DNA from: an uncultured Candidatus Saccharibacteria bacterium
GTDB lineage: Bacteria; Patescibacteriota; Doudnabacteria; UBA920
DNA length: 64,000 nucleotides
Assembly: GCA_964505635.1 (NCBI GenBank)
Contig: CAZDIP010000001.1
Location: 40,174 to 104,173, forward strand
Direction: 5' to 3'
Shown here: positions 19,727 to 29,724 of the stretch, in pieces
How the letters are laid out: every line of letters starts with the position of its first letter
Position numbering within the stretch: position 1 is the stretch's first letter
The notes under the pieces: model-generated
Told to the model about the DNA's origin: nothing
The model's database searches: none
What the model saw: the letters and a program-made list of their open reading frames with translations, nothing else
Program-made: the position numbers and the translations under genes

Positions 19727-20302
19727 TTAGTTAAAGCTCGCGCTTAAGACCAGCGCTTTAAATTGCGGCCTTAGGCTCATGGAAAGACCCACGTCAAAAG
19801 TATAAAAATAGGAGCCGCTTTTAATGCCGTACAGGGAGTCAGTCACGTTCAAAGCCGTAAACCCGGCAATAGTTTCTTTTGTGTAAGGCAGCCCGTCAAG
19901 CGCGTAAAATTCGGAGGCGTGAATGTAAATTTTAATATTGTAATACTTTAAGCCCGGATCAATTTCCAAAACATTAAACCCGTTTTTACTTTTGCCCTCC
20001 TTAACTTGCCATTCCGCAGGGTATTTAAAGCTTAAGTTATATTTTTCGCTACGAAAAATTTGCCAGTTTTCCGTGCTTGCCGGTTCTATGGTTTCCAAAG
20101 CCTCGGCAGTTTGAATGTTTAGCGGGTTTAAGGAGTTTTTTGGTTCAGGGTACTTTACGGCTTCGTTTCCGTTTATGTTGTAGTTATATTCTTCGGCATT
20201 TTTTTGCAGGCCCGAATATAAATTAACGCATACAAAAGTGCCGATTATTGCAAACGACAACAGGAAAATAAAACTTTTGGTTTGGGGAGAAATTTTTTGC
20301 AC
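19727..20302 (-). CDS. Membrane-anchored PsbP-like hypothetical protein
   Basis: TM then W..F.S.KYNLSFKYPAEW motif. Confidence 0.65.
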   Translation of the reverse strand: MQKISPQTKSFIFLLSFAIIGTFVCVNLYSGLQKNAEEYNYNINGNEAVKYPEPKNSLNPLNIQTAEALETIEPASTENWQIFRSEKYNLSFKYPAEWQVKEGKSKNGFNVLEIDPGLKYYNIKIYIHASEFYALDGLPYTKETIAGFTALNVTDSLYGIKSGSYFYTFDVGLSMSLRPQFKALVLSASFN

Positions 20303-20347
20303 TTTTTTTAGGGCTTTTTTATTTCTAGCTTTGAATTAGTAAGTAGC

Positions 20348-20435
20348 AAAATTTTAATCTTCGACTTATATGGAGAAGCTAAAATTTTGGCTTAAAAGCT
20401 CAATATTATTCGACCCTGTGGAGAATAATATTGAG
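20348..20435 (+). repeat. Two tandem hairpins with TTCGAC-N5/6-GGAGAA apex
   Basis: AAAATTTTA..TTCGAC-TTATAT-GGAGAA..TAAAATTTT and CTCAATATTA-TTCGAC-CCTGT-GGAGAA-TAATATTGAG; same apex recurs in dus. Confidence 0.7.
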
Positions 20436-20488
20436 TTTCGTAATTCATGGTTCCAACTGATTCCCAGTTCAGTTTTATTAAAGCAAAG

Positions 20489-20674
20489 TTATTTTGTTTT
20501 GTCAAAAAGTTTATCCAAGCCGGCATTTTGCCCGCAGTAGTAAAGATTTTTGGTCAGGTTAACGCAAAAGCCCGGGTTTTTTTGCAAGTAGGAATACTTG
20601 GGCAAAAACCAGTATAAAAAGGCTGCCACCAGAAATATAACCAGGTAGAAAAAAAGTTTTAGAAGTTTAAACAT
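20489..20674 (-). CDS. Small membrane protein
   Basis: MFKLLKLFFYLVIF... single TM and Cys pair. Confidence 0.6.
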   Translation of the reverse strand: MFKLLKLFFYLVIFLVAAFLYWFLPKYSYLQKNPGFCVNLTKNLYYCGQNAGLDKLFDKTK

Positions 20675-20750
20675 AAAGTCTATTTCTATTCTACCATACT
20701 TGATAAAATAAGGTAAAAATTTTATAATATTGTTTGTTAAGCATGTATAT

Positions 20751-20825
20751 TGGGGTGTAGCCAAGCGGTAAGGCAAACGGCTCTGAACCGTTCATTCCTA
20801 GGTTCGAATCCTAGCACCCCAGCCA
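20751..20825 (+). tRNA. tRNA-Gln(CTG)
   Basis: TGGGGTG/CACCCCA-G-CCA acceptor, AACGG-CTCTGAA-CCGTT anticodon arm, GGTTCGAATCC. Confidence 0.96.
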
Positions 20826-22283
20826 CTTCTTATCATCGTGTGCTTTTACGATGCCAGCGAACACGGGTTTGAGCGTGAACATTGGCGTTTTTTGTTTCAA
20901 ACGGCAGTTCTGAAGAATGAAGTTCAGGAATTGCCTTTTTTCATTTGGTTCAGAACTTTCAAAGATTGAAAACGCACGCTTAGAAATATCCAGTATTCTA
21001 GCGGCGATTAAATAATGATTTTCATCAGCCTTGCTATGCTCGGCAATTTGCTGGGCAATGTCGGCCTGTTTTTCTTTATACTCTTTCAACTTTCTGTCAT
21101 ACATTTCGGGAGTAATACTACTGTCCATTTTTTCATCAAACATTTTGCTTATCCGGTCATCAATCTTGTTATACTCGGCTTGTAAGTTAGCAATGGCCTG
21201 CCTGTAAAAGTCCTGTTCGGCTTCAGTAGCCTTTCGTAAGCCCTTAACTACATAATCAATGCCTGCTTGGGGCAATTCTAAGCGTTTGAGCGTGTCATAA
21301 ATAGGCTCTAGCAAGACTTTTTCCGGCACATAGAGCCGTTTGCACTTGCCTCGGTAATTGGTGCAACTGTAATAGGTATATTTGCCCTTAGCTGTTTCGG
21401 GCGTAATTGTGCAGTTGCATACATCGCAACTTACTAGGCCTCTAAAAATAAAAGGTTTGGCCGCATACTGGAATGGTTTTTTATTCCAGCTCTCTCTGAC
21501 CTTTTGGCATTTCAAAAATAATTGTTTGGAAATTAAAGTTTCGTAATGGTGCGGATATTCAATGCCCTTAACCAACATAATGCCATAGTAAAAAGGTTCG
21601 CTTAAAATCTGTTCTATTTGGCTGGTTGATAGAGCCTTGCCTGACTTGGCCGTTAAGCCTAAATTTTTTACCAACTCGGAAATGGTTTTCATTGAGTATT
21701 TGCCGGTAGCATATAGCTCAAAAACTTTAACAACTAAAAAGCCTTTGTCTTGGTCAACAATAACATTGCTTTTGTCTTCATCATCCCTAAAATTTAAGTA
21801 GCCAATAGGGGCTTGGCCAATACATTCGCCTCGCTTTAGTTTTTGCTCAATACTGCGCTTAACATTATCGCTTAATTGCAAAACATAACTTCTTGCAAAC
21901 ATTACGGCCATATCCCATTGCAAAAGTTGCGAGCTGTTTGCGTCTTTGGTTAAAACTAAATTTTCTCTTACAAAGTGCAATTCAACTTTGCCTTGTTTCC
22001 GCAAGTCATCCAATACAACGCTTTCCTTAAAACTTCTTTGCAGCCTATCTACTGTTTCAACAACAAGCGCAAGCGTTTCTTTTGAGTTCTTTATAAGTGT
22101 TAAAACCTTTTCAAATTTTTTTCGGGTATCGTGAGTAGAACTCTCGGCAATTTCAAAAATGACTGGTGCTTCCAGTCCTTTTTTGTTTGCATATTCTTTC
22201 AACCGCCTAACCTGCGCCGGATTGGAATGGTCTTTTTCTTCCTGCTCTTTGGTTGAAACACGAGCTAAAATTATTGCTTTCAT
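20811..22283 (-). CDS. Large serine recombinase (resolvase + recombinase + Zn ribbon)
   Basis: ARVSTKEQ catalytic Ser, VDRLQR, APIGY, CDVC...YYSC. Confidence 0.95.
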   Translation of the reverse strand: MKAIILARVSTKEQEEKDHSNPAQVRRLKEYANKKGLEAPVIFEIAESSTHDTRKKFEKVLTLIKNSKETLALVVETVDRLQRSFKESVVLDDLRKQGKVELHFVRENLVLTKDANSSQLLQWDMAVMFARSYVLQLSDNVKRSIEQKLKRGECIGQAPIGYLNFRDDEDKSNVIVDQDKGFLVVKVFELYATGKYSMKTISELVKNLGLTAKSGKALSTSQIEQILSEPFYYGIMLVKGIEYPHHYETLISKQLFLKCQKVRESWNKKPFQYAAKPFIFRGLVSCDVCNCTITPETAKGKYTYYSCTNYRGKCKRLYVPEKVLLEPIYDTLKRLELPQAGIDYVVKGLRKATEAEQDFYRQAIANLQAEYNKIDDRISKMFDEKMDSSITPEMYDRKLKEYKEKQADIAQQIAEHSKADENHYLIAARILDISKRAFSIFESSEPNEKRQFLNFILQNCRLKQKTPMFTLKPVFAGIVKAHDDKKWLGC

Positions 22284-25200
22284 ACGGATTTGAAGTTATT
22301 AATTAGCTCCAAATCCGAGTTAGAATTTATCCCATACAGATTATAGACAATTTTATCAATTTCAATAAGGCATCTGTTTATTTTTTCCGAAATAAGAATT
22401 AAATTATCCTTTTCTTTCAGAATTAAATTTACAGCAGTAATTTTTTTATCAGTTTCAATTTCCTTAGACGCATACATACCTATGCTGTCGTCCAATTCGG
22501 TTAAATCCTTTATAGTCTTTGGCAGTTCATTAATGTGGAGTTCAAAATTTAATAACTGTAATAATTTTTTTTCTTGATTTTCTTTATTGGTAATTTCTTC
22601 TTTTAATTGGTAATAAAGTTTTTTGAAATTATTTTTTATGTCTGAATTAATTTTGTCTAATTTTAAGGGTATGCTCCTTATTAAATCAGGGGAAAAGTTA
22701 ATGCCTCCGCCCATTCCTGAAGTAGAATGTTTGTTTTTTAGATAATAAGTTATTAGCTTTGAGTTGAGAATGCAAATCAAAGTATATGGGTCTACTGATT
22801 CTTTAAAATTGTTTATTACTGAAGTAGATTTGCCTGCAACAAACTCATTTTTATCGTCTAAAATACATTCAAAATGCCTAATCCCAGCTACTATAATTTT
22901 TACATTATCAAATTTTTGAAACCTTTTAGGGAATTGTTTTTTAAAATCTTCTTTTTGGACGACTGGGTATAAATATTTATTTTTCAGATAAGCTGTTTTT
23001 TGAATACCCCAGAGAGTATAGTATTTTTCTATTGTCCCTGTGTTAATCAATTTTAAATAGTCTGAATTGTCATTAATTTTTAAGTCCTTGATTAAATCAA
23101 TCAATTCGTAAGCTTCACCTGTGGTAAATGCTCCAAATACGTCTGCAAAATCACCAAGCGGCAAGCTCCCATTTTCTACATCCTTAAGCAAGCCCCTGTT
23201 CTCAACAAAAATGTCGCCCCAATTGTCATCCGACAATTCTTCTAGTTTATTAGATTCTTCAGAATACTCTGAACTGCTTGTAAATTTAGAAACGACAAAA
23301 TTATCAAACGACCCTTTTTTTATTGAAAAAATAATTGAGCTAAGGTTTGCATCTTCAAAAACTTTTACAGGCGAGAGGTCGGCCAGTAATACGACATTAT
23401 TTTTAATAAGCTTCCTTAATGATTTGCCATAATCCATTGAAAGCCATTTATTTGGGACAATCATACTTAAGTAGCCATTCTTTTTTAATAGCTCAAAGGA
23501 TTTTTCAATAAATGGGATATACAAGTCCCAGTTGCCTGTGGCTGATTGATACGCTTGTGAAATAAATTTTCTACCTAATGGGTCATTTTTAACCATTGAT
23601 TCTGAATCAACATACGGCGGATTTCCAACTATTACATCAAATCCGCCAGCAGTAATAATCTCTGGAAATTCTTTTGCCCAATCAAAAGCCCGTTCGCCTG
23701 CAAATTCTGGGTTATCAATAAGGCTATTACCGCACTTGATATTATTTTTTAAAGTAGTTAGCTTTTGTCCTTTTTTAGCCGATTTAAACCAAAGAGATAA
23801 TTTGGTAATTTCAACACTTTCGGGGTTTAAATCTACGCCGTAAATATTATTTTGTAGCAAAGATTTTACATAATCTTCGGTATCCCAAAGACTTGTAGCT
23901 CCGACTAAAGAGCCGATAATGTTTGAAATTCTTTTATTTTCAGCTAGCAAATAATCAAAAACTTTCACTAAAAATGCCCCAGAGCCGCAAGCAGGGTCTA
24001 ATACTTTGATATTGAGAATAAGATTCCTATATTCTGTGTATGCCTCAACCATTTTTTTATTATAGGTTTCGTCCTTTTTTATTCTGTTGCTATCAAGCTT
24101 ATGTTTAGCAAAGACATCCTGCTCCATTTTTTCTAAAAATTTTACAAGCGAATTTTTTACAATATAATCTACAATATATTCAGGAGTATAATAAACTCCT
24201 TCCTTTTTGCGCTTCGTTTCATTTTTTTTGACTTCCGGCGTTTCGCTTTCCGAATACTTTTTTAATCTTTCAAGGTCTACGATTGATTGCTCAAAAATAT
24301 GGCCGAGAATGTTTACAGACAAATCCTCTTCAAAATCAAATTTTGAAAGTTCTACAAAGTGTTTACAAATCTCATTGCTTATTTTTAAGTTGTTTATTTC
24401 ATCATCGTGTTTAAATAACTCGCCATTATAGCCGTCCGGCACGCCAAGTTTTTGGCTACCCTCATCTACTGCTTTAAAGAATTTTTTTAGTGTGTCCCAT
24501 ATCGGCTCATCCAATGCGCCTTTTTGGGCGTATTCCACAACCTCGTAAAGTTTACCTTGTGGGAGCAATCCGGCATCCTCAAAAAAACAGATAAAAACTA
24601 TACGGTCTATAATTTTTTGTGCTTTTTCAACAACGTGGTTATAAAAATTACTTCGTTGGATTTTCTCATTATTTTGTATTATGTCCTTAATTAGTTGCTC
24701 TCGTAATTGCTTGTATTCTTTATAAAATTTATTAGTTATTTTTTCCTGTTCAATCCGTATGGCAGACAATAATTTTTCAGTATTAGTTTGCCCTTTTTCA
24801 GTAATAAAATTATTCGCGCAAAATAAGAAGTAAAACTTTTTAAAATTAAAGTAGTCATCGTTAGGGTTAATCAGGTCTTTAAGCGTAAATTTTTCATAAT
24901 CCAATTGGTTATCTCTAAAAATCCGTATTTCAAAAAAATTGGTTGCAATAACAAAACCACAATCCTTATATTGAGGTTTGTATTTAAAAGCTTGTTGAAT
25001 TGGGCTTAGGTTGCCCTCACGCTGTTGAGATTTATCAAGAGATGTATTAGCATCTTTTATCTCAACTACGGCAATAACTCTTTTATCATTTTTGCTAAAA
25101 TATCCGAGAGTTGCATCGGGCATTTGACCACCACCTGTTTCAACATTGTCTTTTGGTTGGATTGAATAAATATTTGCTGGAAATGGGGTGTAGTCTAATA

Positions 25201-25381
25201 CTTTAATAAAAAAATCTGAATTAAATGCTTGCTCGCATTGCGTTTCATTTTTTTTCTGCAGCTCCTTTGTATTATAAGCGTCATACCACGATTGAATAAT
25301 CCCAAGCTTTTGCTCAAGATTAGGAATCTCAAATTTTTCAAGTTCCCCTTTAATCATTTTGTTTTTGAAAAGTCCAGCCAT
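22280..25381 (-). CDS. Type IIG restriction-modification enzyme (Eco57I-like, N6-adenine MTase fused to nuclease)
   Basis: PD...EIK nuclease motif, GVYYTP, LDPACGSGAFL, VGNPPY, C-terminal TRD-like region. Confidence 0.92.
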   Translation of the reverse strand: MAGLFKNKMIKGELEKFEIPNLEQKLGIIQSWYDAYNTKELQKKNETQCEQAFNSDFFIKVLDYTPFPANIYSIQPKDNVETGGGQMPDATLGYFSKNDKRVIAVVEIKDANTSLDKSQQREGNLSPIQQAFKYKPQYKDCGFVIATNFFEIRIFRDNQLDYEKFTLKDLINPNDDYFNFKKFYFLFCANNFITEKGQTNTEKLLSAIRIEQEKITNKFYKEYKQLREQLIKDIIQNNEKIQRSNFYNHVVEKAQKIIDRIVFICFFEDAGLLPQGKLYEVVEYAQKGALDEPIWDTLKKFFKAVDEGSQKLGVPDGYNGELFKHDDEINNLKISNEICKHFVELSKFDFEEDLSVNILGHIFEQSIVDLERLKKYSESETPEVKKNETKRKKEGVYYTPEYIVDYIVKNSLVKFLEKMEQDVFAKHKLDSNRIKKDETYNKKMVEAYTEYRNLILNIKVLDPACGSGAFLVKVFDYLLAENKRISNIIGSLVGATSLWDTEDYVKSLLQNNIYGVDLNPESVEITKLSLWFKSAKKGQKLTTLKNNIKCGNSLIDNPEFAGERAFDWAKEFPEIITAGGFDVIVGNPPYVDSESMVKNDPLGRKFISQAYQSATGNWDLYIPFIEKSFELLKKNGYLSMIVPNKWLSMDYGKSLRKLIKNNVVLLADLSPVKVFEDANLSSIIFSIKKGSFDNFVVSKFTSSSEYSEESNKLEELSDDNWGDIFVENRGLLKDVENGSLPLGDFADVFGAFTTGEAYELIDLIKDLKINDNSDYLKLINTGTIEKYYTLWGIQKTAYLKNKYLYPVVQKEDFKKQFPKRFQKFDNVKIIVAGIRHFECILDDKNEFVAGKSTSVINNFKESVDPYTLICILNSKLITYYLKNKHSTSGMGGGINFSPDLIRSIPLKLDKINSDIKNNFKKLYYQLKEEITNKENQEKKLLQLLNFELHINELPKTIKDLTELDDSIGMYASKEIETDKKITAVNLILKEKDNLILISEKINRCLIEIDKIVYNLYGINSNSDLELINNFKSV

Positions 25382-25382
25382 A

Positions 25383-25559
25383 TTATTTGGTTTTAGCCTT
25401 ATCTAAAAATTTATTAAATTCTATTTTATCAATTCTAAATTCCTTGCCAATTTTATAAGCCTTAAGCTGTTTAGCTTTGATTTTTCGGTATATGGTCATT
25501 ATGTTGACCTTGAGGGCTTTGGCCAGTTCTTCGGCGGTGTAAAAGGGGTCTTGTTGCAT
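25383..25559 (-). CDS. Excisionase-like HTH protein (58 aa)
   Basis: Manual translation MQQDPFYTAEELAKALKVNIMTIYRKIKAKQLKAYKIGKEFRI... Confidence 0.85.
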   Translation of the reverse strand: MQQDPFYTAEELAKALKVNIMTIYRKIKAKQLKAYKIGKEFRIDKIEFNKFLDKAKTK

Positions 25560-25614
25560 AGGGGTATTATAGTTTACTATTCTTTACATTGCAAATGACG
25601 GGCTGTGGGTAAGT

Positions 25615-26772
25615 CTAATGCAAACTCATAGGGTCAAAAGCGTCCTTTGGCGGCTCAATTTTAGCGGCCTGCGGCAAGGCATAAGGTTTAAACTGCTGTA
25701 AGGCCGTTTTTATCTGCTTAATGTATTCGTGGCAATTTTCAATGATTGCTGTTTTATTTAGCAGTTTAATTTTAACTCCTATTCTATCCCAGCTACGCTT
25801 GCTTGCCCTTTTGCCCAACATTTGGCGCAAATCTTTAACGCCGCCTTTGTCTTTGCAAGCCATTTTGAGCAGGGCTAATTGAAAAATAGTTGCGGTTCTC
25901 ATTTTAGGATTGTTTTTAAATAGCATTCTTAAAATCTTTTGTGGTGTATCTTCAAAGTCAAAAATAAATAGACTCGGTTCAATGTAAGTTTGAAAATAAT
26001 CTAGCAGTATTTTTTGGCATACTGCCAATTTAAAAATGTCGGAAAAAGTTGGATTTTGAGCAAAGCCAAGTCTTGCTAAAACAGCGTTCATTTTTGGCTT
26101 TTCAGATAGCCTAACTTCCATTCTTAAAATTTCGGGTTTTGCTTTCCTTTCCAAAAAATCAAAAAGACTTTGCCGTTGTATTTTTTGGTCTACGTCAATA
26201 GCCTTGTTTTCGCTTTTCTCTAAATCTTTCATTTTGTCATAAAAAACTAACGAATGGGACTTAGAGTAATACTGCAAGCCGTGTCCGCCATTTCTAAATG
26301 TAGTTTTTTGCAAATCCATTTTTTCGGTTAAGTTTATTTTTTCAAACTCCTTAATAATTCCCGTTGCGGAATAACCGCCAGTTATGAGTATGTTTTTTGA
26401 GGGATGAAAAGAGGCAACTATCGCCCGTCTAATAACATTTTCCGCCACGCTAACTCCCATACTGGAAACTTTTTCTTGCAGCATTGCAACTTCCAAATCA
26501 AAATCATTTTCCGTAATTTCTATCAGATTATTGTTATTGATAACTTTAGCGGCTGAAGCCTCAATCCTTAAAGTCGCCTCTGCTCCACGCTTGTAAATAA
26601 GCAGCTTGGGTTTATATTTGCCGGAGCGTTTATCTTCGGCTGTGGGGTTGTTTACATACTTGCGGTAAAAAGTCCTGTCTAAGTGCATTTTTTCTGTTGA
26701 GGGACTAAACATATCGTGCCGCACAATCCGGTAATAGCCCTTTGGAATATCTAAAATATAAGTATCTAACAT
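25615..26772 (-). CDS. Putative replication-initiation protein of the element
   Basis: MLDT start, LVFYDK and ILRMEVRL motifs typical of phage/plasmid Rep proteins; context. Confidence 0.55.
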   Translation of the reverse strand: MLDTYILDIPKGYYRIVRHDMFSPSTEKMHLDRTFYRKYVNNPTAEDKRSGKYKPKLLIYKRGAEATLRIEASAAKVINNNNLIEITENDFDLEVAMLQEKVSSMGVSVAENVIRRAIVASFHPSKNILITGGYSATGIIKEFEKINLTEKMDLQKTTFRNGGHGLQYYSKSHSLVFYDKMKDLEKSENKAIDVDQKIQRQSLFDFLERKAKPEILRMEVRLSEKPKMNAVLARLGFAQNPTFSDIFKLAVCQKILLDYFQTYIEPSLFIFDFEDTPQKILRMLFKNNPKMRTATIFQLALLKMACKDKGGVKDLRQMLGKRASKRSWDRIGVKIKLLNKTAIIENCHEYIKQIKTALQQFKPYALPQAAKIEPPKDAFDPMSLH

Positions 26773-26802
26773 TTCATTACTTCTTTAAAAATAAATAGTG
26801 CA

Positions 26803-27060
26803 TTAAAACAAGGTTTTAGCCTTATCTAAAACAGCTTTTTCTATATCTTTTGCCAGCATTTGGTTAATAGGGTGGTAGATATTTAGCCCTCGGTCGCCAA
26901 TCTTTTTAGTAGGATAAGTTAGCCGGTATCCCGTGCCGTCCAGCCGTGTGTAAACGCCGATTGAGCCAAGATACAGGCAATCGTCCAAAACAAGGCTCGC
27001 AAAGGCTACAAGGCCGCCTTGAGGTTTTACCGGTGTTATATTGACCTCGCTAATCTTCAT
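26803..27060 (-). CDS. SpoVG family nucleic-acid-binding protein
   Basis: MKISEVNITPV..GLVAFASLVLDDCL..YP. Confidence 0.82.
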   Translation of the reverse strand: MKISEVNITPVKPQGGLVAFASLVLDDCLYLGSIGVYTRLDGTGYRLTYPTKKIGDRGLNIYHPINQMLAKDIEKAVLDKAKTLF

Positions 27061-27305
27061 AAAGTTGCGAGTTATATTTTCTATCCATTTCAACCAGCCA
27101 GCCAAATGCGCCAATCAAATCCTGCTTGGCTTCAAAAACTTCCTGCTCGTTCAACTCCTTGCCGGATAGCTTTTCTAATATTACTTTGTCGTGGCTTGTT
27201 ATTTCGGACATAAAAAAACTGGTTATAAAACCAGTCTAAATGTTTATGCCTTTGCCGTATAAGAAATTATTGAACTACGCTAAAAGAAATTAGGAAATTA
27301 TTGAC

Positions 27306-28058
27306 CTACACTAGTTTCCTAAATCTTCTTCTTTTTTCAAGGCTAATTATTTTGCCAATTTCGTTATAGACCAGCCCATTGTTTGGGTGGCTTTTATCAA
27401 GTTCTTTTTTTAGCTCTTTGAGGCTTAAATTTTTATGTTCCCAAATGAAATCGGTAATTTTGCGGTCTAATTTTCTCTGTCTAAAATTGACCTTGTTTTC
27501 TCTGTAATCTTCTATAAAACTAACAATTATATCCCAATTTTTGTTAATGTAATCTAACACATCCCTTTTCGTGGCAAACTTATGAATGTTAATGCTCACG
27601 GGGTAGGCCGATACAAAAGTCTGCAAGCGATGATTTATCATTGGCGGCATCCACGCATCTTCAGGGTGCAGTAGCAAATCAACAGTATCTCTCATTACAG
27701 CCAAATCGCATACTTCGCCCAAGTAATCGCTTTTGCCCATAATATCTTCAAGTAATATACCGTGCATTAATTCATCATCCAGACCGTATTCTTCGGCGAT
27801 TTCATCGTATATTTTCCAATGCGGTATATAATCATCTTCGGGAAAAAGTGTCATAAATTCTTCCGACAAGGCTTTGTATTTATCCAGTATTACCTCAAAC
27901 TGCTTAACCCTCTTATCTTTATCGGAATTTTTGGTTAATTTACGGAGTTGCTTAACTTTGGCCATAAAGTGTTTGTTGCGCTTTAGGTCTGCCAAATACT
28001 GCTGCAACTTTTTATGCCCTTGAGTTTCTTTTCTTATTATTTGCATTACATTTTTCAA
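27306..28058 (-). CDS. Hypothetical protein
   Basis: 250-aa ORF in element. Confidence 0.65.
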   Translation of the reverse strand: MKNVMQIIRKETQGHKKLQQYLADLKRNKHFMAKVKQLRKLTKNSDKDKRVKQFEVILDKYKALSEEFMTLFPEDDYIPHWKIYDEIAEEYGLDDELMHGILLEDIMGKSDYLGEVCDLAVMRDTVDLLLHPEDAWMPPMINHRLQTFVSAYPVSINIHKFATKRDVLDYINKNWDIIVSFIEDYRENKVNFRQRKLDRKITDFIWEHKNLSLKELKKELDKSHPNNGLVYNEIGKIISLEKRRRFRKLV

Positions 28059-28144
28059 AATTAGCTTTATTCCTTATATTTTATCAATAAGTTCTGATTT
28101 GTGGAAATTCAATAAAAAATGGTATAATATGCTTGCATTATTAT

Positions 28145-28771
28145 ATGGAGCAAATACCAATGATTACCTCACTTTGTAAAAAAAGTGTTCAGGCAATAAA
28201 CTATTTTGCCCGTAAAAAAGACGGCCCAATAAATAAAATGAAGGCAATTAAGCTCATTTATTTTGCCGATAGATATCATCTTAGGAAATATGGCAGACCT
28301 GTTGTTGGGGATGATTATTGGGCGATGAAATTGGGGCCGGTTGCTTCAAACACTCTAGATACAGCTAATTTAGCTAGTAATAGTCTTGAAAAAGACTGTT
28401 TTCAATATGCCAAAACATTTATTTCACATCCAAAGGGCGATATAAAAATGGAGAATATTATCTCTAAAGAAAATGTTGACTTAAGCATTTTTTCTCAAAC
28501 AGATATAGACGCATTAGAAATAGCATTTAAAGAATTTGGGGACAAAGACCAATTTGAGCTTGCAGACACTTCACATATTTATCCCGAATGGTTAAAGCAT
28601 AAACACGATATTTTGGTTGAGGGTAAAAAAAGGGTTAAAATGGACTACTTAGACTTTTTCTTAAACCCAAGAAGTGGCGGCTCTCATATTTTTGATTTAC
28701 CTGAAGAACATCTTGATTTAGCAAAAAATTCTTACTTAGAAAGCCAAGATGCCGATTTAATTTTGGGATAG
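28145..28771 (+). CDS. Panacea/DUF4065 (SocA-like) antitoxin
   Basis: KLIYFADRYHLRKYGRPV...AMKLGPV...SH..PEW. Confidence 0.85.
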   Translation: MEQIPMITSLCKKSVQAINYFARKKDGPINKMKAIKLIYFADRYHLRKYGRPVVGDDYWAMKLGPVASNTLDTANLASNSLEKDCFQYAKTFISHPKGDIKMENIISKENVDLSIFSQTDIDALEIAFKEFGDKDQFELADTSHIYPEWLKHKHDILVEGKKRVKMDYLDFFLNPRSGGSHIFDLPEEHLDLAKNSYLESQDADLILG

Positions 28772-28782
28772 AAATACCGCCT

Positions 28783-29235
28783 ATGCAGATTAACCCTGAA
28801 ATTTCTATCCCTATTTGTATTGAACAAGGCTCAATATATCTTTACCAATTAGATACTGTGAATAAGGACGGGACGCCATATAGCGGAAACCGTTTTTTTA
28901 TAGTTCTTAACCTAAACCCTCAAACCGATGAGATTTTGATACTTTCCACAATCACAACGAAAATTGATAAACAAAAAGAATTTATTAAAAAAATCGGCGA
29001 AGACCCAAGCACATTAGTTTCTATTACTGTATCCGATTTCCCTAACCTATCTCAAGACAGTGCCGTAAATTGCAACCGTATTTACGAAACAACGCTTAAA
29101 GAGTTAGTAGAAAAGGTTAAGAATGGTGGCAAAATTTTTAATCACAATTTACCTAAAACCGTTATGAGCGCCTTGATTAGCGGAGTGTTAAAAAGTAAAC
29201 AGGTATCTCCTGAAGTCAAACAGAGATTAATTTAA
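28783..29235 (+). CDS. Putative PemK/MazF-like toxin
   Basis: RFFIVLN..TITT..DSAVNCN pattern; directly downstream of Panacea gene. Confidence 0.55.
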   Translation: MQINPEISIPICIEQGSIYLYQLDTVNKDGTPYSGNRFFIVLNLNPQTDEILILSTITTKIDKQKEFIKKIGEDPSTLVSITVSDFPNLSQDSAVNCNRIYETTLKELVEKVKNGGKIFNHNLPKTVMSALISGVLKSKQVSPEVKQRLI

Positions 29236-29415
29236 TAAGCTGGCTGCAAGTTTAACAAGCTTAAATCCTGCTCCAGTTCTGCCCAGTTCAAAGTTCTAAA
29301 CATATTCAATAAGGGCAGCCACGTCGCTCGCGAGCGACGTGGCCAGCCTGCCCTGTCGTTCGAGAACGACAGGACCACAGAATAAGGTTGGCCATGTTTC
29401 TATCGTTCTTGTACG

Positions 29416-29676
29416 ATGTGGTATTTTTACGTTTTGCAAAGTAAAAACAAACCTGACTACTTTTATAAAGGATCAACAAACGACTTAAAGCGTCGTTTAG
29501 AGCAGCATAATAAAGGTGATGTAGATTCTACCCGCCCATACAAGCCTTTTAAGCTGGTATATTATGAGGCTTATGTTTCCGAGCATGCTGTGCGCTTTAG
29601 AGAATCATCCGTAAAAACCAGCGGGTCTGTTTCAACGCCTTTGATGAAACGAATAAAAGAAAGTTTAAAAGATTGA
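29416..29676 (+). CDS. GIY-YIG nuclease
   Basis: YFYVLQS..YKGSTNDLKRRLEQHN..LVYYE. Confidence 0.9.
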   Translation: MWYFYVLQSKNKPDYFYKGSTNDLKRRLEQHNKGDVDSTRPYKPFKLVYYEAYVSEHAVRFRESSVKTSGSVSTPLMKRIKESLKD

Positions 29677-29724
29677 GCAGCCATCAAGGCTTAGTATCGT
29701 AGAGGCCGAGGAGAGTTTATTGAG

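Larger units (their letters stand above)
20811..29300. mobile_element. Integrative element at tRNA-Gln (right boundary approximate)
   Basis: Serine recombinase whose 3' end overlaps the tRNA 3' end, followed by R-M, excisionase-like HTH, Rep-like, SpoVG and TA genes; no clear distal att copy found. Confidence 0.75.
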
